A DNA stretch of 64,000 nucleotides, taken from positions 272,986,001 through 273,050,000 of the forward strand of contig OZ024743.1 in assembly GCA_964016885.1 (NCBI GenBank). The letters are read 5' to 3'. Source of the stretch: Eledone cirrhosa (Eukaryota). The notes beneath the pieces are model-generated. The model was not told the DNA's origin, ran no database searches, and saw only the letters and a list, made by a program, of their open reading frames with translations. A program made the position numbers and the translations under genes. Positions 55,618-64,000 of the stretch are shown here, in pieces. Each line of letters opens with the position of its first letter. Within the stretch, counting starts at the first letter, position 1.

Positions 55618-57978
55618 TTTCTGGATTTGTTTAGCAAGATTCTTTATCTGAAAATGTGTGTATAGCTAGATCTAAAGGCATAATAATAGGATTTGGAGAT
55701 TAATCAAAGGAATCGCCCTTAATAAATGTTTGTACTTTGTTTTGCTAAATCTGGAAGGATGAAAATTATATATGACTTCAGCGAAATTTCACTCAGAACA
55801 TAAATACAAAGTACAAAATGCCGCAACACATTTTATCCGATATTCGATCCATCACCCTCTATCGGATACAAAATAGGCAATCTTCTGTTTTCATTTCTTT
55901 CACACATGTTCCTCGTTTGTGAATAGTATCATTATCCTTTTTACCTATGTGGTACGATATTACAAGTATCTTTCTATTCTGCATATTATGGATTGAATGC
56001 AATTGTATACCAAATATCGTCAAATATTTAGAAGAGAATATAACCTTTACTTGGTTGACAAATATTGAAACATGTAATTGGATATAATCAAGCAATCAAT
56101 AATTTTAGATTCATATGTGATGTCTAGGTATAACAATACCCATAAGTTTTGTTTGTATCAGTAGATTTTAATAGCTCCAAAAGAGAAAAAGTTACTTAGA
56201 CTGCTGAAGTTTTGACTGTCTGATAAAATCATATTTTGATTTTCAAGTCAAATATCGGTTATTATTTAACTTCTAGTGTTTATTTGATTTAAATGAATTT
56301 AAACATCGAATAGTAAACGATACTTTCGATCAATAAAGTTGCAATACGTGTGATCACATTTCTGAATGAAGTCTTAAAATGTTTATTTGTAATTCATATT
56401 TAAATTCCTCGAGATATGTTTAAGTCTTTGGGAGTGTATTTGAAGATGATGCGGTTTCTGTGTAGAGGTGTTTGCGTGTCTACAGAACACTGTCTGGCTT
56501 TTTCGATCATAATTAAGTTTGCTTTTATTAGTCACATATATTTGAACGGAAATTAATAAATAGAAATTATACGTTCATATACGTTTACATCTTTAGTATT
56601 TTATGTATGATTTTCGTCTTCAAGTATAACATATGAACTACAGTAAAATATTTAACATTTCACATGCAAAATATATTTCTAATTCTCATGTTCCTACATT
56701 TCTATGTTGTTTAGTAGGAGATCCATTAGGAATGGCATTCCATCATTGATTATTGTGGTGTGTTTCTACAGATAGCACCATATTCACAAATACGTTATTC
56801 GGAGAGACATCGCTAACATTACTAGAATATCAAACAAACTTAACAAGGCCACATTTTAGCTTGATTGTGAGAAATTATATATTTACGTTTAGAACCTATC
56901 TCTCTTGTGTGACTTAATGAAATTAAATATCTTATATCCTGTAGGCTGTTTTATGACACTATTGGAAAATAAAACAAAATTTATAATAGTTTAATGAGAT
57001 ACTTTAGATTATATTGAAACTATATATATAACGATATATATGACGGATAAAATAGTATTTTTTCTTAATGATAAAAGGTAACATTTGCTAAAACGTAATA
57101 CATTATATTGTGTCAGCGAAGCGCGCACAAGAAAAGCTAATTACCTTCATCTGGATCATCTTGGGAGTCTCTGTTTCAATATGAAATTATTGATTATTTA
57201 CCCTTGGCAAATCATTTGTATAGCTATTTCGCTGTTTTATTGCAGCTGTAATTTACGTCTGTAATTTTAGTTGCCCAAATAATGTTATTCCCGTTCTTTT
57301 CTGCGCAGGCATTCGTTTTTGTTTTTGTTTTGTCGGAAAGCTGTGATGTTCATTTACTTTAAACCCCTATAAAGCAGCGTGAAAGTAATGAAATGTCTTC
57401 AACTGGAGGAATGAATAGCGTTACGTCTGACGGACCCAGAACTGTATACAGGTGATTTTTATATGTAAAATATGTGTCACCTTGCCTGTTGGAGAATCGA
57501 CCCAGCCATCAGATGTTAGCCTTGCAGTATTTCTTTCCCCAAATTACCTTTTGAGTCCAAAGCCCGAAGAAGTTAGTTTCACCTTTCAACCTTAACGAAT
57601 TTAATATTCAAGTTATATGAGGACACAATCATTACATCATTTTTTGGACAGGCTTGTGCTATGTGTTCCGGCTCGTTTCGTTCTGAGTCTACTTCGTTTC
57701 ATAGTTTGTACCATTTAGATTTAATACCGAAAAACCCCTGAAGGCATTGATCCAACACAATGACGGAAAGCAGTAAAATAATATATATCTGGCGTTAATA
57801 GTAAATATTTTATTTGAAAACCGTATATTCGAGTAACTGTATCCTGATACATGAAAGATCTTTACTTGAAACTACATTTTCTGCCGCTCCACTGAAACGT
57901 GTTGTACACGTTAGGTATTTAAGTTACATAGAATTATCAGTTCACAAATTAGAAATTACGACATATTGTCTATATCTT

Positions 57979-58153
57979 GGGGGCGGGGTGGATTGGCAGT
58001 ATCGGTGGAGGGTCGGACGCCAAGCTTTGCAACGTAGAGTTACAGCCCTTTACGGTCTGAGTTCAAATCCTGCCGAGGCTAACTTTGCATTTCATCCTTA
58101 CGAGGTCGATAAAATAAAGTATCAGTAATGCACTGGGATAATTGCTGGTCTTG
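57979..58153 (+). mobile_element. Full-length tRNA-type SINE with 15-bp TSD
   Basis: A-box-like TGGCAGTATCGG and B-box GAGTTCAAATCC, with TATTGTCTATATCTT on both sides. Confidence 0.92.
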
Positions 58154-60397
58154 TGCCAAAAGTAGAAACAATTATTGTCTATATCTTATGTTCGTGTTCA
58201 GCATGCTTATTAAAGATTTTTTATTATTCACAGTGCAATTTAGAAAGAATAGTAAGGTGTTAGGATTAATCAATATTATACTTTTAATAGTTACTCTCAA
58301 CTTGATAACATTGTAATCCTTTGTTGAAATATAATCACCTTATGAACTTCGAACATTTGGCGTGTCTTCTTTCATATTATTTAACACATCATATAGAACT
58401 ATTTTTGTTGTCAGACATTCTAAAGTCGGTGAATTGAAATATCATTAGCGCGTAGGATTAAATGAATCGTTTTAGTATGTCCGGCTTTCAGTAAGGTCGG
58501 GTTTGCCTTCCGTCCTTTCGGGATTTAAAAGTACCAATCAAGTTCTGTAGATTGGAGGAACTGTTAGGGTGCTGAACGGAATACCTTGAAGTACCCCTTT
58601 AGGTTTTTAGTAAAGATTTCAAATGCGACGTCATGGTTTCCAAATTATATCGATCTTTGCCTATTTGTCCTGCAAACAACAACAGTGCTGTGCATAGAGA
58701 GACAGGAGACTCTTGTATGTAAGAGGACTGTTTGTCTTCCCAAAATCAACTTTGCCTGAATGTAGTTCGTTAGTTTCATACCACTTCGAAAATCCCTGAA
58801 ATTCTTTGCAAAATAAATATTTATGGTAGATACTCGTTGCAAGTATTGTTCGTCGTTTAAAGAATCATGTTCCCGCGTTGTAGTTTATGAATCGCTGACG
58901 AGACCTCAAATTGGATTGTTACCGATCATTCCTGTGCAATAATGCATCTAGTTATTCAAATCGTTCGAAATAATATCAAAGACGTATCAGTTCCCTCGAC
59001 ATTGATCAAATATAATCATGTTCAGATTACATCAATTCGAAGCATAATATCTTTTGTTTGATTCCCATGTGACTGGATATACTGAAACAGTGTAACAAAT
59101 GAATTAGTTCGTTTTCATTTGTCATGCAGAACTATTTATAAAGTAACAGTTATACTCATGTATTGATTTCAGCGTTCGTAGCATAGCTGTACGTCGATAT
59201 TTGTTATGGCAAAATGGAACTATTCTTATAATATTGCATACAGACCAACTCATCAAGTCTGATGTTTTCAGAAAGGTGATGTAAACAGTCTTATTGAATA
59301 TAAATGGAAATGTAATTGAGGCTTTTGTAAAAAAATACAATACAAACTGACATTATGAATGTAGATTAATGTATAAAGCATTATTAAATGCATATTTAAT
59401 CAGGTGATATATCAGTCAGCAAACGCTATATTTCTTATATCGAATCTACATCGCTATTTATTTTCCATATTACGTTCTGAAAGTGAACATGTGTGAGAAA
59501 TATTTAGCTATTGATGCAGTAGTTGTCTTTATTATTATGATGGACATTTCCAATTTCAGTTAATTATAGAAACATCCAGCAGAAGGAAATGACAGTTATA
59601 TCAGCAATATAAACACAGGCGTAAATATCTGTCTATTTCTAATAAAGCATTACAGTAGGAACAGATAGTTTCCAAATAATATATATTCTGAGAGAGACTG
59701 CATTAGTTTACAAAAAAGACCAATATAAATTCATCAATCTAAAGGATTTCTGACAGCTTTGGCATGATAATTACATATCCCTTTTTTCTCCGTAAAATTG
59801 ATGAAAGAGGAAATAGTTATATTAACCAAATATAAACATATGAATATTTATATGCAACATTTGATAGGTCTCGAAATTTTCTCAACAGCGTATGCAGTCT
59901 TTTTAGCAATAGAGATATTGGTTTTTTTCATTCTGTTTTCATAGTGATGGATGTAGATAACTGAATCAACTCCAGCAAAGTATTCGAACATACATTAACA
60001 CAAAGAAGAGCTATCTCAAAGATAACCCACAAGGTTTGGGATATTATTGCACACTTAGGGCCATCCATAGTTTCATGAGTTAGTCTCTATAGATATTGTC
60101 GACGCAAACATGAATAATCATTGTTTAAGAAGAATGTTGATTTGTGATCAAGAAATCCTTGGTTTGGTTCCACTGCGTGACAAGTCGGCAATGTGACTTT
60201 ATTTTAGCCTGGGACCTAACTAAACATTGTGAGTGAAATTCGGTAGACAGAAACTGTACGGGAGCATATCGGACGGATTGTATCTATGTGATTCACTGGA
60301 ATAATCTTGACAAATCCTGTACCACGCGCTGAAACCGTTTAGGAATTAAAGTATGATATAGTTGTCTGTGGAATACTCATTATTTAAATGCTAGTAA

Positions 60398-60586
60398 GGG
60401 CTGTGGATTGGCAGTATCGGTAGAGGGTCGGACGCCATGCTTTCCAGCATAGTTACGTCCCTTTACGATCTGAGTTCAAATCCCGCCGAGGTTGACTTTG
60501 CCTTTCATCCTTACGGGGGTCGATAAAATAAAGTACCAGTAATGCACTGCGTAATTGCTGGCCTTGTGCCTAAAGTAGAAACAATT
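60398..60586 (+). mobile_element. Full-length SINE with TSD
   Basis: Complete consensus, with ATTATTTAAATGCTAGT duplicated at both ends. Confidence 0.92.
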
Positions 60587-61742
60587 ATTTAAATGCTAGT
60601 TTATCTAGTCGTAATTGTAGGTGAGTGAGTATCCAAATGGTTATTTTTGAAAGCGACCTAATGATCAGTAATCCATACCAGATTTATCACATATGATAAC
60701 ATAAAATACTGGAATCGGGATAATCGACTCTCGCCTTCCCCAAAATGCTGGCCTTGTACCAACATTACAAAGTAAGAATTATTACTTAACTCCATGTGTT
60801 AAATACAAAACTAGAGTGTGAGACCAAACGATACCCGATGAATTCCTTATCGATGAAGAAAGTTAACATGAAGGAAAGATCAAAGACCATCTAACAAAGC
60901 CACTGATATATATTTATATCTCTCTGGAAAAGTAAGTATCACATCGTGTTCATACACATATGGGCCATGATATCTATTGTAAATAACATTGATCGCATTA
61001 GATTTTTGGCATTATAACTCATACAGATTGTAGATGGTCATTTGTATCATTAGTAAATAATATTCTGGATAAGTTGATAGACGTTTCTTGAAAATGCCAG
61101 AAGCATGTGTTCTCGTTATGCCAACTTTGTTTATCATGGTTAAGAACTATGCAGAGAAAATGACTTAATAGATTTAGATGTACTGGATCCAATTTATCCT
61201 CAACAATTGCTCAAATATTGTCGCAATGTTGAAATGATTTAAAGTCGTCCTTCGATTTGGAATTCAGTTTATACCGACTGAAATTTTCATTTAAAACATA
61301 AGCACAGTATTTTATTCTCCTCATTATTTTGTTCCAACCTCGGCCTAATGAAACACTTCTAGAATCAAACGTCTTTCACGTTGGATATCATATCCTTATT
61401 CTCATGCCTACGTTACATTAGACATCATTATCGAATATCTTCCTTATTAATATAATATGGAGTTGTTTCAGGGAGATTTAACTACTGCATCTATATGGAT
61501 GAGTGGACAGATAGACTCTTGCTGTGTTGGTTATTATGTTTTATATATATCTTTTCGTTTCTGTATGTTCATATATCCTCAAATATAGAAGTCATTGGAA
61601 TTTGCTGCGAAGATGGATAAAGCTGTGTTATACAGCAGTTTGTTTTCAATGTATGTCGGAGTTCATTATTAATTATTATAGAATATTTCATAAAACAATA
61701 AAGTTTTCTCGTATGGAAAATATGGCTGTAATGAAGTAATAC

Positions 61743-61915
61743 TTGTTTCTACTATTGGCACAAGGCCAGTAATAACCCAGTACATTACTGGTACTTTATT
61801 TTATCGACCCCGTAATGATGACAGGCAAAGTTGACCTCGGGGGGATTTGAACTGAGAATGGAAAGGGCCGTAACTAATGAATGCTAAATTCGCCTGATGG
61901 CGGACGCCAAGGCTG
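61743..61915 (-). mobile_element. SINE copy
   Basis: SINE core on the minus strand. Confidence 0.85.
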
Positions 61916-62069
61916 AAACGTTCATAGGTGTCTACTTTGCTTTCTCGTTCAGAGACTGTGATTAAATAAGCTCTAATATATTTCATTTAAAGAAAACACT
62001 GAATTCAATATTTTTGTAGTTATTGGTGATTTGGAAACATTGGAAATAATGGTTTCTGATTTAGGCATA

Positions 62070-62810
62070 AAGCCAACAATTATTTATTATTATTTATTAT
62101 TATTTATTATTATTTATTTATTATTTATTTTTTGGGTGGGGCCTCAGTGCGTGACTGGTATTTTATTCTATCAATCCCGTAAGGATGAAAGGCAAAGCTA
62201 ACTTCTCGGGATTTAAACTCAGAACGTAAATAATTGTTTCTACTTGTGGCACAAGGCCAACAATTAACCAATACATTACTGGTACTTTATTTTATCGACC
62301 CCGTAAGGATGAAAGGCAAAGTTAACCTCGACGGGATTTGAACTCAGACCGTAAAGGGACGTAACTATTCTGGAAGGCACGGCGTCCGACTCTCTACCAA
62401 TAATGCCAATCCACCGCCCTCAGTGTAAATAATTGTTTCTACTATTGGCACAAGGCCAGCAATTACCCAGTGCATTACTGGTACTTTATTTTATCGACCC
62501 GTAAGGATGAAAGGCAAAGTTAACCTCGGCGGGATTTGAACTCAGAATGGCAAGGACCGTAAATAATTGTTTCTACTTTTGGCACAAGGCCAGCAATTTA
62601 CCAGTACATTACTGGTACTTTATTTTATCGACCCGTAAGGATGAAAGGCAAAGTTAACCTCAGCGGGATTTGAACTCAGAATGGCAAGGGCCGTAAATAA
62701 TTGTTTCTACTTTTGGCACAAGGCTAGCAATTACCCAGTACGTTACTGGTACTTTATTTTATCGACCCCATAAGGATGAAAGGCAAAGTTAACGAATGGC
62801 CGTAAATAAT
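62070..62810 (-). mobile_element. Head-to-tail cluster of five SINE copies
   Basis: Repeats of TTGTTTCTACT...GGCACAAGGCC...GGATGAAAGGCAAAGTTAAC start near 62234, 62433, 62566 and 62701, after an older copy at 62070. Confidence 0.9.
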
Positions 62811-64000
62811 GTAACCTTATAAGGATTGGAAATTCACAATTTAAATTCTACCAATAACCTAAGTAAGCCTATTTGTTTCACGATAATATATGTACTTAAA
62901 AACGGTTGATCAATAAAGGTTAAATGTACTGGAAATGGAGCATTGTTTTCCATGCAATATGCGTTCTATTTTTATTTATTTTACACATATATTGAACTAC
63001 ATTGTCAAATGTATCAAGGTATTTCTTAGTTACAATAGAGTGTGATTTGCGAGATAATTGAGTGTAGTTTCTTGCAGTCATGCTAATTTGTGGAAGCCTT
63101 TTTTTTTTTGTTTGCTCGAAGTATAATTGGTTGTTGTGGTTTGGGCGCAGACCAGCCCTTATCAAACAGGGCAATAAAGCAATGAATTATTTCTCTCAAA
63201 CGTAACAATTAAATTTTAACTTTCCTCTTGTTCATTATTCTAAAAGGTACTTTTTTATATATAAAATTTGCTAATATTGCTACATGTAACGAATTGTACA
63301 TTTATATATAACACCAATTACTAATACACCACAAGCAAAAATGGCATTGTGTACCAAAGCAACTCCGGTTTTTAACAAACTAAATCCGTTTTTCAGGAAA
63401 CCAATTTCCGCTTTTCGTTGTAACAATTCTGCATTTTAGAATTTGTTAACATTGGATTTCTTCAAATCTACTTAAATGAATGCTTTGCATGTTGTTCTAT
63501 GCATTGTTGGGAGAAACAGTTCTTGGAAAGATGGAATCGAAAAATATTAATATGAGTAAAAAGGCGCTCTATGTTTAATGATGGAGACAAGGAATACGGG
63601 AGGATTTGGCCTCAGTTAATGTATGTACTAAAGCTTGAGCAAATTTATTGCTGAAAATTGGGAATAAATGCATTAGTATTAAAATATATTTAAATTGGAT
63701 TCTAAAATCTCTCTACTATTATATATTCCATTCAGATATATTTTACATTACAACCCTTATATTATGTAGTTGGTTTGCTTGTTCCTACATTTTTGTTCCT
63801 CAATCCAAAACACTCCAGAGTATATCGTGTAATTAAATCAGGCTTAGAATTATTTTACAGTAACATAGAAAGATTAATATTTGTGACATATAGTGTTTAT
63901 TTTTTATCATTTTAAAAATATTATCAGTAGAATCGTATATTTATTTCCAATGTTAATACCAAAGTACGGGAAGCTTATTGTTGGCATAAATTTCTTTACT

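Noticed and set aside
57979-58075. tRNA gene (A and B boxes)
   Set aside because: No cloverleaf; it is the Pol III head of a SINE with TSD.
58890-58930. CTGACGAG motif
   Set aside because: There is no stem II/GAAA partner, and such matches are expected by chance.
62232-62810. Regularly spaced repeats resembling a CRISPR array
   Set aside because: The units are 130-200-bp SINE copies without unique spacers, in a eukaryotic context with no cas genes.

Overview
AT-rich, microsatellite-dense eukaryotic non-coding DNA. The SINE and repeat content suggests an octopus (coleoid cephalopod), which is an inference. No intact protein-coding gene is supported, and the long ORFs in the track are translations of (TA)n/(CA)n/(TATG)n. 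The window holds decayed LINE fragments (RTE-, L1/Tx1- and Jockey/CR1-like), an internally deleted mariner, a hAT/Charlie-type MITE, many copies of a tRNA-type SINE and a non-autonomous RTE derivative sitting in (TATG)n. The main signal is about a dozen unrelated families of Penelope-like (PLE)/retrozyme-like elements. They lie in or beside (TA)n tracts, form inverted or tandem repeats, and nearly all carry a type I hammerhead ribozyme that folds by eye (about 20 motifs). Four families use the compensatory U3:A8 core, and several palindromes fold back exactly inside the ribozyme. One locus (41052-42297) has two intact hammerheads in direct repeat 466 nt apart, which could release a circularisable RNA monomer. 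All folds were done by eye and none has been tested.
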